A program made the translations under genes and the position numbers. Below the pieces are notes generated by a model. It did not search any database, had not been told where the DNA came from, and saw nothing but the letters and a program-made list of their open reading frames with translations. 64,000 nt of DNA from a virus (lineage: Duplodnaviria; Caudoviricetes), in the IMG/VR virus record IMGVR_UViG_3300037249_000709, positions 1 through 64,000 of that record, one strand, 5' to 3'. Shown in pieces: positions 21,551 through 31,668 of this stretch (within the stretch, counting starts at the first letter, position 1; each line of letters opens with the position of its first letter).

Positions 21551-22345
21551 TTATGCCGCATCGCATTGCTCCAACGCATTCTCAATTCTATCTATTGCTA
21601 TGTCATAATACTTCTTTTCTAATTCAATCCCAACAAATCTACGGTTTGTATTTACGCAAGCCACACCAGTTGAGCCGCTGCCCATACAATTATCAAGAAC
21701 CAAGTCGTTTTCATCCGTATATGTTTTTATTAGGTATTCTAATAATGATACCGGCTTTTGTGTTGGGTGAAACTTGTCTTTATCTCTTGTAAATTTCTGA
21801 ATTGTTTTAGGATGCCGCAGTCCAGATGGATTATCGGTTACTATGTTTTTTAGTCCACCCTTCCAATTCTCTGACACCCTTCCCGACATTTGTTTGTATG
21901 GCTTACCCTCTGTCTTTTGTGGGTGATATTTCATTGGAGTCTTTGTACCGTTAGTCACACGCCCTTTGCCGAAGATAAATACAAATTCGTGGATTCTGAA
22001 TGGTTGAAGATTGACATTAGGAGCATTAGTGCCATTGTCCTTTTCCCATACCCAATCATACTTGTATAAATCTTTTGCTATGGAGTAGAGCTGAAATCCA
22101 AACTTCATTGTACCATTTAACGCTATACAACCATCGTCTGTAATAATTCTTCTATACTCATTAAACAGCTTTTCAAGGTCAACCCCTTTATCCCATTTAT
22201 TGCCTGTTTCTACATAAGGCAAATCACACAAAACCATATTCACACTTTTGTCGGGTATCGTTTTTAACACTTCAAGACAATCTGCATTGTGTGTTGTTAT
22301 CCTACTTGGCGATAAAATATCTGTTTTATTTATGCCTTTGTTCAT
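21551..22345 (-). CDS. DNA methyltransferase (N6A/N4C, beta class)
   Basis: DLPY, HPTQKP, DNCMGSGSTG. Confidence 0.9.
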   Translation of the reverse strand: MNKGINKTDILSPSRITTHNADCLEVLKTIPDKSVNMVLCDLPYVETGNKWDKGVDLEKLFNEYRRIITDDGCIALNGTMKFGFQLYSIAKDLYKYDWVWEKDNGTNAPNVNLQPFRIHEFVFIFGKGRVTNGTKTPMKYHPQKTEGKPYKQMSGRVSENWKGGLKNIVTDNPSGLRHPKTIQKFTRDKDKFHPTQKPVSLLEYLIKTYTDENDLVLDNCMGSGSTGVACVNTNRRFVGIELEKKYYDIAIDRIENALEQCDAA

Positions 22346-22458
22346 AATACCTCCGTTTTCTACATTTTTCGCTCGATAGTTTCATAATAATATTGGTTTT
22401 ACACACGCCAAAGCCCCAATTATTGAGGGTTATGGTGTGCATAAAACAGATATTTAAT
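22312..22458. other. Invertible segment 5 (spacer cagata)
   Basis: 15-bp inverted repeat ATAAAACAGATATTT; sites at 22312-22329 and 22441-22458. Confidence 0.85.
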
Positions 22459-22478
22459 TCCTCTATCTCACAGTTATA

Positions 22479-22525
22479 ATTATATCATATAAATACAATT
22501 TTGTCAAGTAGTTATTTGGGTGTTT
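22479..22525 (-). promoter_or_regulatory. sigma-A promoter with ACCCAAATAACT box
   Basis: TTGACA-17-TATAAT, repeat family. Confidence 0.85.
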
Positions 22526-24528
22526 TTATTTTTTATCATTTCTTTAAATTCAAATTCGTCAATAATTTTTGTACCGTATTTTGCAGCTTTCGCATTCTTA
22601 CTTGAACCGCTTGTCTTATCATTTGTTATCAAGTAATCCGTGTTTTTAGTTACACTTGACATTACATTGCCACCATACTTCTCAATGTCAGAAACAAGCT
22701 CATCACGATTAGAGTAATAAAAAAGTTTACCAGTAATACAGAATGATTGTCCTTCCAATACATTTTCATCATTTTCTGATTCTTCTGCTTCAATGTTAAG
22801 AATATCAACAAGCATAGAGATATTATGACGATTCTCAATAATATAATCATTTATAGCCACACTCATTGTTTTTCCAATATTATCTATAATAGACCAATCG
22901 TAATAATTACAAGCCATCTCAATGAACTTTGGCAGCGTTCTGCAATGTTTGGCAATAAATTTTGCCATTGCTTTTCCAACACCAGGAATGCCAATGGCAA
23001 CTAATACATTGGTCAATTTGCACTCTTTACTTTGCTCAATAGCATTCAATAGATTATTTACACTTGATTCTCCAAATCCATCTATATCGCAAATCTCACT
23101 TCGATGTTGCCAAAGACTATAAATGCTTGCAAAATCCACAATATACCCTTTGTCGATAAGGCTTTTAAGTCTTTCCTCTGACAATCCCATAATGTTCATT
23201 CCTTCACGACTTGAAAAATACGCTATCTTATCGTGAAGAATTGCAGGGCAAGAGCGGTTTGTACAATATAATGTTGCTCTACCATTATCATTCTTTATCG
23301 TCAATGGACTTCCGCAAGTTGGACATACTTTTGGTAATTTATAGCTATTACTTCTTGTTAAGTTATCTTTGATTTGCGGTATAATCTGATTAGCCTTAAT
23401 AATAGTCAAAGTATCTCCAATTCCAAGTTCAAGCTCTTGCATAAAACTTGGATTATTTAATGTTGCCCGGCATACCGTTGTTCCATCAATTTCAACTGGT
23501 TCAACAATAGCAACAGGATTCACAAGCCCCGTTCTACTTGTACTCCACTCTACATCTAATAGCGTTGTTTCATTGTTTTCTTGATAAAATTTGAACGCTA
23601 ATGAATGTTTAGGGTGATGTCCTGTGCTACCCAAACTATTTCCGTATTCCACATCGTTAAACGCTCCCACAATACCATCTATGGGGTATCTTAGTTTAGC
23701 ACAAGTGTCTTTGAGTGTTTTAATGGATAACTCATAATAGAAAGTTGCAGCCTTTTTATTGGCAAAGCTATGATGTTCGCATAAATATGGAGCAACCTCA
23801 AATCCCAGACTTTTTAAAAATCCAAACCCTTCTTCAAATGTTTTACAGCATTCTAATTCATTACCCTCACTATCTTTTGCACTATACAATTTCCAAGCAA
23901 GGAATTTTACTTTTCGTATAGCTAAGTTTTCGCTTGATAATTGCCGAACAGTTCCACTTACAAGATTTCTTGGGTTCTTATAATTTCTATCTGAATGTTT
24001 CTCATTGATAAGAACAAATGTATCATAATCAATAATACATTCTCCATCAACAATTAGTTCACCCTTGTACGGAATTGTCATCGGAAGATTTACAAAATGT
24101 TTCGCATTATGAGTAATATCTTCGCCTACTTCGCCATTCCCGCGACTTTCGGCAAGAACCAGCTTACCGTCAACATATTTTAATGATGCTGTTAGACCGT
24201 CCATCTTTGCCATTAAGCAAACATCTCGCTGCCCAAAGTAGTCCGCAAACTCTTTTATATCTGTGGTTTTACCTAATGACAATAGAGGGTGATTATGATT
24301 TACCTTTCGGAGCTTGCTTACTGCTTCATATCCAACCGTTATAGTTGGAGAATCAGCATACACAATTCCGCTTGTGTATTCCATTTCTTTGAGTTTGTCA
24401 AAAAGAATATCGTATTCTCTATCCGATATTAGACTATTATTATCGTTGTAATACGCATTTCTACATTTGTTTAACTCATCTACCAGTTTTCTTATTTCAT
24501 TCATTCTTAGCTCCGTTTCTATCATCAT
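22504..24528 (-). CDS. ligA: NAD-dependent DNA ligase
   Basis: KMDG, SRGNGEVGEDIT, DGIV, C4 zinc finger, HhH repeats, BRCT. Confidence 0.95.
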   Translation of the reverse strand: MMIETELRMNEIRKLVDELNKCRNAYYNDNNSLISDREYDILFDKLKEMEYTSGIVYADSPTITVGYEAVSKLRKVNHNHPLLSLGKTTDIKEFADYFGQRDVCLMAKMDGLTASLKYVDGKLVLAESRGNGEVGEDITHNAKHFVNLPMTIPYKGELIVDGECIIDYDTFVLINEKHSDRNYKNPRNLVSGTVRQLSSENLAIRKVKFLAWKLYSAKDSEGNELECCKTFEEGFGFLKSLGFEVAPYLCEHHSFANKKAATFYYELSIKTLKDTCAKLRYPIDGIVGAFNDVEYGNSLGSTGHHPKHSLAFKFYQENNETTLLDVEWSTSRTGLVNPVAIVEPVEIDGTTVCRATLNNPSFMQELELGIGDTLTIIKANQIIPQIKDNLTRSNSYKLPKVCPTCGSPLTIKNDNGRATLYCTNRSCPAILHDKIAYFSSREGMNIMGLSEERLKSLIDKGYIVDFASIYSLWQHRSEICDIDGFGESSVNNLLNAIEQSKECKLTNVLVAIGIPGVGKAMAKFIAKHCRTLPKFIEMACNYYDWSIIDNIGKTMSVAINDYIIENRHNISMLVDILNIEAEESENDENVLEGQSFCITGKLFYYSNRDELVSDIEKYGGNVMSSVTKNTDYLITNDKTSGSSKNAKAAKYGTKIIDEFEFKEMIKNKNTQITT

Positions 24529-24676
24529 ATATTTGCCACGGAATTTTCACCTTGACAGATTTCTTCGTTATCATACAAGTCTTTTACTAAGCTAACACTT
24601 GTCAATTTATTTATGTAATCGTCTTCGCAAACATATACCCTTCGTGGTTTCCCTAAACTCAATTTACATCCCCTTA

Positions 24677-25501
24677 TCAACAAAGAACACTTAATAAATA
24701 ATCGTCCAAATATTTAGCTATAATTTCATCTGCGTTTTTCATAATCTCATCGCTGGTATTGTCGTATAATTCTTCGGCAATACCACCTCCAATCGCACAT
24801 AAAGTGTCTGTGTCGCATTCCAATCTAAACACATTTCTTATAAACCCTGTGTAGCTATTAGCTTCATATAGGCAGCGGATTACAGCAGGCACACTACCTT
24901 GACAAGTTGCATTCCATATGTAGCGTGTACTCATTTCGTTCAAAGTATAGGCAGGACTATAACCGTATTTGTCTTTTGGGTATTGCTCTACCCCATATTT
25001 AAATAAATCTTCTTTACTCATACCAGATTTAGCCATTGCGATAAGCATAGCAACTGTTTGCGCACCCTTTATTCCCTCATCTGAATTGTGCGTACATTTT
25101 GCAGACATTTCAGCTTGAAGTAATAGCTCTTTATTGAACTTTTTTTGAGGAATAAATTGAGATTTCGGCATTAACTCAATATAATCCACTATAGGTGAAA
25201 CTCTCATTGCTGAACCATTGCCATAACTACCGTATGGAGTTTTATCTTTTGAGTATAGCCATTCTACAAATCTTTCGCCATACCCAACTCTAAGATATTT
25301 GTTCCCGAACAAATAATAAGCATCTCCATATTCTATGTTGTTATCCAACGCATACTTTGTAGCTATTGTTAATACGGTATCGTCTGTAAACATACATTTA
25401 TCTGTAAGCAAAGGCACAGTTTGCCAGTCGAAGTCATCAGGTCTTTTAAATTCGTATTGCGAACCGATTATATCTCCCAAAATTGTACCTTTGATTGCCA
25501 T
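24677..25501 (-). CDS. ADP-ribosylglycohydrolase
   Basis: GDIIGS.YE, FTDDT, GNGSAMRVSP, DTDT. Confidence 0.9.
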   Translation of the reverse strand: MAIKGTILGDIIGSQYEFKRPDDFDWQTVPLLTDKCMFTDDTVLTIATKYALDNNIEYGDAYYLFGNKYLRVGYGERFVEWLYSKDKTPYGSYGNGSAMRVSPIVDYIELMPKSQFIPQKKFNKELLLQAEMSAKCTHNSDEGIKGAQTVAMLIAMAKSGMSKEDLFKYGVEQYPKDKYGYSPAYTLNEMSTRYIWNATCQGSVPAVIRCLYEANSYTGFIRNVFRLECDTDTLCAIGGGIAEELYDNTSDEIMKNADEIIAKYLDDYLLSVLC

Positions 25502-25866
25502 TATCTCAGACCTTTCATTTCGTCAATCTTGCATTGTAACTTCTTTATGGTTTCATTACACCATTGGATTTTCTTTTCTAATATTTCAGTAAACAACTCT
25601 TGGCATTCTTCTTTTGTATCTGCATAATAATATTGCGTAAAATATGCGGCAGCACGATTGTTTTTCGCTTTCTTTCCGCTTTTGGTATAAGGAATAAATG
25701 CAAGGTCGTCATAACCAAATCCACCCTGTTCTATTTCTCCTAAAATCGGCTCTTGTGTTTTCTCTTTTCCCCATTGAACAATATCAAACTCATAATTACA
25801 AGCCCAAAGTGGAACACCAATAATTCTTTTATTGTAAATATCTTGATATGTGTATTTCATAGTTAT

Positions 25867-27066
25867 TTACCTCACAATTACTTCATTAGAATACTTTGAA
25901 TTAGACAAATAGACTTTATCAACCATTTTAGCTAAATCATCTATTGTGCAGTCGCCGCAAATTTCGTTATCGGTATAATTTAAGTGCGAGATAAATATAG
26001 AGAACTTTGCATCGGGTCTAATACTTTTTGCCAAACTCATATCACGATTTACCCTTTTTGAAAACTCTGCAATTTCAAATTTGCCATATCTGATGCTATC
26101 TTGATATTCGTTAAAGACATTAGTTTTGTCCTCAATGTTTTCACATATATCTGACTTTCGGCATTCTGTAGGGAAATGACCTGCACCATGTCGGGTGAAA
26201 TAAGACCTTGTAATATAGCAAACCTCAATATCACAATCTAAATCCTTGATAGAATATAGAGGGAGCTTTGATGTTGTACTACTTGCTGTGACATATGGAT
26301 ATGCCTCCACATTATCTTCATCAAGCTCCAGTCCTTGCGCTCCCTCAAAAACTATACTTTTATAATTGCTTCCGTTTCCTAAAAGCTGCATTAGTTCTTT
26401 TGGATTTTCTAATTTCATTTGCATTTTCCGGAAGTCATCTATATAATGTTCCCTTAATGGTTGTGATACACACAACTCCTTGTATTCTTCCGGTATAGCT
26501 CTACAACAATAAAAGCTCAACCTTTTCGGCAAATACTCATTGGCAATACTTTCAAGATAGTCATTCATTTCCTTGTTGCTTAATGTGCAAAGGTCTTGAT
26601 ACGACAAATCATATTGTGGGTCATAATATCGAATTTCCGTTTCCCATATGCCACACCCGCAAGAACCGTGTTTGTTATCCCCTCTTAACTTTTCAGCTAT
26701 ATGATTTATAAAAATATCATAAGGTGTTGTTACCCTACAATTTGGAGAGGTAAAACAAATGGGATATACCCTATGATTATAAACAAGGGTTTCATACTCT
26801 TGTACAAATATCATCGGATTCAACATAAAAGTACCGTCAAAGTAGGTATGAGCGTTAGAGAATGTTCCGCTGCCGAAGTGATGGAAAACGTGGCGACCAC
26901 CATTTTCCAAATCGACCGTATGTCCTCTTTGACACCCACCATTGAATAGCACATTTAGTGTTCCCGAATCTTTCCGCTTGCATTCTTCACAAAAATACTT
27001 TGTTGCAAGACCTTTACATTCATCTCCATAATTGCTCCCAATAACTACTTTGACGTTCCTTTTCAT
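25867..27066 (-). CDS. adenylosuccinate-synthetase-like protein
   Basis: GSNYGDECKG, NGGCQRGHT, HGSCGCG, FEGAQG, TRHGAG. Confidence 0.85.
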   Translation of the reverse strand: MKRNVKVVIGSNYGDECKGLATKYFCEECKRKDSGTLNVLFNGGCQRGHTVDLENGGRHVFHHFGSGTFSNAHTYFDGTFMLNPMIFVQEYETLVYNHRVYPICFTSPNCRVTTPYDIFINHIAEKLRGDNKHGSCGCGIWETEIRYYDPQYDLSYQDLCTLSNKEMNDYLESIANEYLPKRLSFYCCRAIPEEYKELCVSQPLREHYIDDFRKMQMKLENPKELMQLLGNGSNYKSIVFEGAQGLELDEDNVEAYPYVTASSTTSKLPLYSIKDLDCDIEVCYITRSYFTRHGAGHFPTECRKSDICENIEDKTNVFNEYQDSIRYGKFEIAEFSKRVNRDMSLAKSIRPDAKFSIFISHLNYTDNEICGDCTIDDLAKMVDKVYLSNSKYSNEVIVR

Positions 27067-27075
27067 ATTATCTTA

Positions 27076-27942
27076 TCACCACGAAATTTCTGCATTGTTT
27101 GTGTTATTTGTTTCCGAAATAGCTACGCCGCTGCCCGAAACGATATTTACAATCGTGCTGGCAATATCATTTAGTCCTACCACTTTAAGATGGTCTGAAT
27201 CAAGATACTTTCCAAACGACTTCTTAATACCATCGGCATACCAAGTATATGAAGTAGACCTATCATCTACCGCCAAATGGTAAATGTCAAACTTTTCGGC
27301 AGCCTGCTTATACAAATCGGAAGTTTCGACATCCCCTTCTAAAGAGTCGCCCGTAACTCGACTTAGCTCTCTTGCTGGGAGATAAGGATTCAAAGGCTCA
27401 TCACCCATTGTAATGATAATTCCTTTCTTTCCTCGCTTCCAACAATCAAGGCTTGTGTGCCTTAAACCGAAATACCACGCAGCAGTGTATGATTCATAAC
27501 TATTTCCACCACCGCCGCGCTCAAAGTAAACCTTGTCAAGCTGCTCGGCAATTCTTACATCAGACTCGTACTGTGATGCCTGGATAGGAGCGCTATCGTA
27601 TGCCAAATCGCCAATGCCCATTACCAAGAACTCAACATCAGAAACCTTGTCAAACAGTTTTGTCATAACCTCATTGAGTTTTTTGGCTACTTCTGCTGCA
27701 CCAGACCCCATACTACCGGTTACATCAAGTGCAAGAATAACAGGCACAGTATTTGGATGTTCTTCTGTATCACAGCATTCCCTAACCACCTGATAAGGAT
27801 TTAGTTCGGGCTGAATGCCACGAGCCTTAAATAAATCCTGCGCCATATAACTCGGTGACAATGTGCCGTCATCAAGTACAACCTTCTTTGTCGCTCTCGA
27901 ATAATTTACAAAAGCGCTACTTGTCCAAGAACCAGAACCCAT
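27076..27942 (-). CDS. vWA domain protein
   Basis: MGSGSW N-terminus, DVTGSM, GGGGN..ESY, MGDE. Confidence 0.8.
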   Translation of the reverse strand: MGSGSWTSSAFVNYSRATKKVVLDDGTLSPSYMAQDLFKARGIQPELNPYQVVRECCDTEEHPNTVPVILALDVTGSMGSGAAEVAKKLNEVMTKLFDKVSDVEFLVMGIGDLAYDSAPIQASQYESDVRIAEQLDKVYFERGGGGNSYESYTAAWYFGLRHTSLDCWKRGKKGIIITMGDEPLNPYLPARELSRVTGDSLEGDVETSDLYKQAAEKFDIYHLAVDDRSTSYTWYADGIKKSFGKYLDSDHLKVVGLNDIASTIVNIVSGSGVAISETNNTNNAEISW

Positions 27943-27944
27943 AA

Positions 27945-28547
27945 TTATTCATCCTCGCTTTCGTTTGTGTCATCTTCCATATCATCTTCGCTGGCAGAGT
28001 CAAAATCAAACATTCCGTCAAACACATCTCCGAAATTTGTACCGCCACCAAGCATCATAAATGGAAGCATATTGCCGAAGCCACTATTGTTTGAAGCACC
28101 GTTGTGACCCTTCATCATTTCGGAAATCATCATATAAGACATCATCTTATTCATACCCTTCTTGCCTTTCATAGCATCTCCAAACATAGAAACAATCTTG
28201 CCATAAAAGTATGTGTTTCCCATAAAGACGTGTCTTTCCGGCAGAATGTCCTTGATTGTGGAATCCTCGTAATCGATGACCTTAATCGTATCTTTGCCTA
28301 CCGAGATTACACACTTAGGCTTTCCACCAATAAGAATAATGTCACCTGCCTCAACCTTGTTAGTAGGAATTACAAAGAAAAATTCCTCGCCAATATCGAA
28401 AACAAAGTTGTTGCAATTTGTTAGACGATTTGTTTTAAGGTTATAAGTCTTATAACCATCATTTGTCTTTACTGCAATGCCGCCGTTCATAGACAGTCTG
28501 CACATTCCATTTGCTACCTTACCAAACATTCCATTAAACATATTCAT
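27945..28547 (-). CDS. hypothetical protein, Met/Gly-rich C-terminus, in operon with vWA and PurA-like genes
   Basis: tight spacing with 27076-27942. Confidence 0.6.
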   Translation of the reverse strand: MNMFNGMFGKVANGMCRLSMNGGIAVKTNDGYKTYNLKTNRLTNCNNFVFDIGEEFFFVIPTNKVEAGDIILIGGKPKCVISVGKDTIKVIDYEDSTIKDILPERHVFMGNTYFYGKIVSMFGDAMKGKKGMNKMMSYMMISEMMKGHNGASNNSGFGNMLPFMMLGGGTNFGDVFDGMFDFDSASEDDMEDDTNESEDE

Positions 28548-29055
28548 TTTTACACCCTATCCTTTTCTATTATTTTGTAATTTACTCTCTGATATTTTGA
28601 CTTCTTTTTACCTTTACTTGCATTGATTCTTGGCTTATCTTTGGGCTTGTTTATTTGCCCGTATATTTTCCATATTCCGATTGCCAAATTTATTGCCGCA
28701 AGAACAAACCAACAAATTGCAAAATCGGTTTGTTTTTCACCAATACTATAAATACCCATCGTAACGCCTATAATTGTGTACCCGAAATATGAAAGGTCAA
28801 TGGTAAGACTATCTTTCATCATCTTTCCCTCCGTTTTATCAATTTAATCTGCCACTTCGATTTGAATGTTCCCAGAATAAGCATATATGGATTTAACCTC
28901 TTTATCCAGTACAAAATAAGGTGCTTCTCTAATATAACCTGAATAGTATTTCTTTTCTATAGCCTTTTCACACTCTGCACTTTTTATAACTACTTCAATC
29001 CAAACACATGGATTTCCTTTAATCATTAAAGGTAGCACATCTTTTACTTGCATAT

Positions 29056-30123
29056 TTACCTCACTTCCCACGGAAATACTGGATTACCGAAATGCCCAAA
29101 TTGTGCTGTTTCATAATACTTAATCGCTTTCCAATCATCAAGCTGCAAATGTTTAATTATTGCAGATGGTGTGCATTCATTCTTTAATGAATCATATAAA
29201 GAATAATGCTTACCGTTATTGTCTCGAATAAGAATTGCAAGCGGAATATCCATGCCTATCGCATAAGACAACTGAACAATACAAGACTTAACATTTGGAT
29301 AATATTTTAGAAAATTTATAGCTATTTCCCTTGCTTTATATGCGGCAGAACGGTCAACTTTCGTGCAATCTTTTCCACTAAAAGCTCCGCCGCCAACGGC
29401 AGAGAAGGAGTGATAATTGTCAATAAGTAGTTTTCGCCCAGTTAAGCCAGCATCTCCATCAAATCCGCCAATTTCAAACTTTCCTGTTGGATTGAAATAA
29501 AAATCTTGTACACATACCTTGTATTGATTACATAATCGCTTGCAGAAATCTCTTAATATCTCATCTGTTTCATTTCTGTCTTTTTCGGTGTTTTGATAAG
29601 AAATCACGAAATCAATTATTTCTTCGAGTTCGCCATTATCGGAATATCTACCCGTGATTTGTGCTTTGCCATCTGGTAAGAATCTATTATCTCCCTTTCT
29701 TAGCACATCATAGTACATCGCAAGTTTTTGAAGTATCTCCATAGACTTTGGAATATAATTAGGTGTATCTCGGCAAGCATACCCGAACATCATACCTTGG
29801 TCGCCTGCCCCACCAATATCTACTCCCTGTGCAATGTCTGGCGACTGCTTACCAATGTTATCAATGATTTCGTAGTTGATTGAATACCCTACATCTTTGA
29901 GTACACTTTTAACAACATTCTCAACATCGACATTTGCCTTTGATGTAACTTCTCCCGTAATGAATATCTTTCCCTTACCACCGACCGTTTCAATTCCACA
30001 ACGACTTTTATTATCCTGCGCCAAATGTGCATCAAGCAATGCGTCGCTTATCTGGTCTGCCACTTTGTCAGGGTGTCCCCTAAAGACGATTTCGTTGCTG
30101 TAATAGTAACTCATTGTTACCAC
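29056..30123 (-). CDS. metK: S-adenosylmethionine synthetase
   Basis: GHPDK, GAGDQG, DGKAQ, GGGAFSGKD.TKVDRS. Confidence 0.95.
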   Translation of the reverse strand: MVTMSYYYSNEIVFRGHPDKVADQISDALLDAHLAQDNKSRCGIETVGGKGKIFITGEVTSKANVDVENVVKSVLKDVGYSINYEIIDNIGKQSPDIAQGVDIGGAGDQGMMFGYACRDTPNYIPKSMEILQKLAMYYDVLRKGDNRFLPDGKAQITGRYSDNGELEEIIDFVISYQNTEKDRNETDEILRDFCKRLCNQYKVCVQDFYFNPTGKFEIGGFDGDAGLTGRKLLIDNYHSFSAVGGGAFSGKDCTKVDRSAAYKAREIAINFLKYYPNVKSCIVQLSYAIGMDIPLAILIRDNNGKHYSLYDSLKNECTPSAIIKHLQLDDWKAIKYYETAQFGHFGNPVFPWEVR

Positions 30124-30141
30124 TCCCTCTCAAATTGTTAT

Positions 30142-30414
30142 TTATGCCACAACAAATTCCTCGATTTTCATATAAATATCCTCATCGCAAACGCACCAAA
30201 TCGTGTTCCAATCGACTTCGTGCGCCGTATGTGTGCGGTTAATCTGCTCACGCTGGCTAATTACAAGAGATGCAAGTAGTGACTTTGCCGAAATGTTCCA
30301 GTCACTACCATTCTCATCTTTTCCGACCAGTCTTACATCTGCGTCAATACTCTTTGCGATACTTACAAACTTCTCTACTGCTTCCAAATTTGTCAATTCA
30401 ATCTTTGCTCTCAT
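30142..30414 (-). CDS. HPr-like small protein
   Basis: FV..A....DV.L / SAKSLL pattern, no His15 motif. Confidence 0.5.
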   Translation of the reverse strand: MRAKIELTNLEAVEKFVSIAKSIDADVRLVGKDENGSDWNISAKSLLASLVISQREQINRTHTAHEVDWNTIWCVCDEDIYMKIEEFVVA

Positions 30415-30441
30415 TTCTTTTTTTTCTCCTTTGTCTTTTCT

Positions 30442-31668
30442 TTATATTCTATTGGTTTTGTTTTTGCCGACCATTGTTAAACAAACAATAAGCGCGACAA
30501 TATATATAATCACACCGCAAATCAGTACATTATTATAATTATTTGTTGCTCGTAAAATGATTTCCGATGTGTTGTTTCCCGTAAGTCCCGCGACCGCCCA
30601 AGCAGACAGTGCAAGTCCGTGTATCTGGCTTATTTTCTGCATTCCAAATCGTTCTGAAAGCAGCGCCGGCAAAGTTGAAAATCCTCCACCATATCCGGCA
30701 TTTATCACAATTAAGAACAAAACAACAATCGCAAGAAGAATATTATTTGTGGTTGAATTTAATGCTCCAGTTGCAATGGTATCTACCGTTATCGTAATGC
30801 AACTTATAAATATAATCTTATAAATCGTTACTCTCTGTTTTAACTTGTCCGAGATTGTTGAGTAACCAATCCTACCAAGTGCATTGAATGCTGCCGTAAC
30901 AGATGGAACAACACTCAACACGGTTGCTAATATTGCAGTTTTTGCAAAAGCATTATTAAGGAGCTGCTTTTCGTAAGAAATAATCATTAAACCACAGTGA
31001 ATATTTGCGTAAAACATTAACCAAATGCCGACAAATTCTCTATTCTTAAACATTGAAATGATTGGAGCTTGATTTGGGGCATCCCGCTCAATCCAACCAT
31101 CAGGCTTTTTAAGCAGATAGTGTCCGACCATCATAACTACAAAGTATGCCGCACCTAAAATTATAAACATTTCCGATATGCCGCAATTCTCTTGCAGATA
31201 CATCATTATTGGCGTGGCTATTGCTTTAGCAAGTCCGAAACCCATTATGGAAATTCCCGTTGCAAGCCCCTTACTATCCTCAAACCATAGCATCAAGGTT
31301 TTGACTGGTGTTAAATATCCTATGCCTAAACCAATCCCCATAATAACGCCGTAGCAGAGATATATTCCTATTAGTGCTGTCCAGCCAGTTAAAAATTTTA
31401 TTACAATTCCCGTTCCGAGCATTCCAGCCGTAAAACAAATTGTGGCGACAAGCGACGATAGGTGTATATCTTTCTCAACAACCTTGCCTGCAAAAGCTGC
31501 CGACATTCCGAGAAAAAATATTGCCAACGAGAACGCCCAACCTACTGCAAAATCGCTCATTCCTATTCGTTCAGCTATCGCTTGTTTGAATGTTGACCAG
31601 CAATAAACCGTTCCTACCGAACAATGTATAAGTAGTGCCGGAATTGCCGCACGTGTCCATCTATTACT
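30442..31668 (-). CDS. MFS transporter (OFA/oxalate:formate antiporter family)
   Basis: about 12 TM helices, GIGY.TPV, KGLATG, YGGGFS. Confidence 0.85.
   Translation of the reverse strand, partial: SNRWTRAAIPALLIHCSVGTVYCWSTFKQAIAERIGMSDFAVGWAFSLAIFFLGMSAAFAGKVVEKDIHLSSLVATICFTAGMLGTGIVIKFLTGWTALIGIYLCYGVIMGIGLGIGYLTPVKTLMLWFEDSKGLATGISIMGFGLAKAIATPIMMYLQENCGISEMFIILGAAYFVVMMVGHYLLKKPDGWIERDAPNQAPIISMFKNREFVGIWLMFYANIHCGLMIISYEKQLLNNAFAKTAILATVLSVVPSVTAAFNALGRIGYSTISDKLKQRVTIYKIIFISCITITVDTIATGALNSTTNNILLAIVVLFLIVINAGYGGGFSTLPALLSERFGMQKISQIHGLALSAWAVAGLTGNNTSEIILRATNNYNNVLICGVIIYIVALIVCLTMVGKNKTNRI

Noticed and set aside
25867-27066. PurZ / Z-genome pathway
   Set aside because: Catalytic Asp retained (GDECKG, not GSTGKG) and no DatZ/MazZ neighbour recognised
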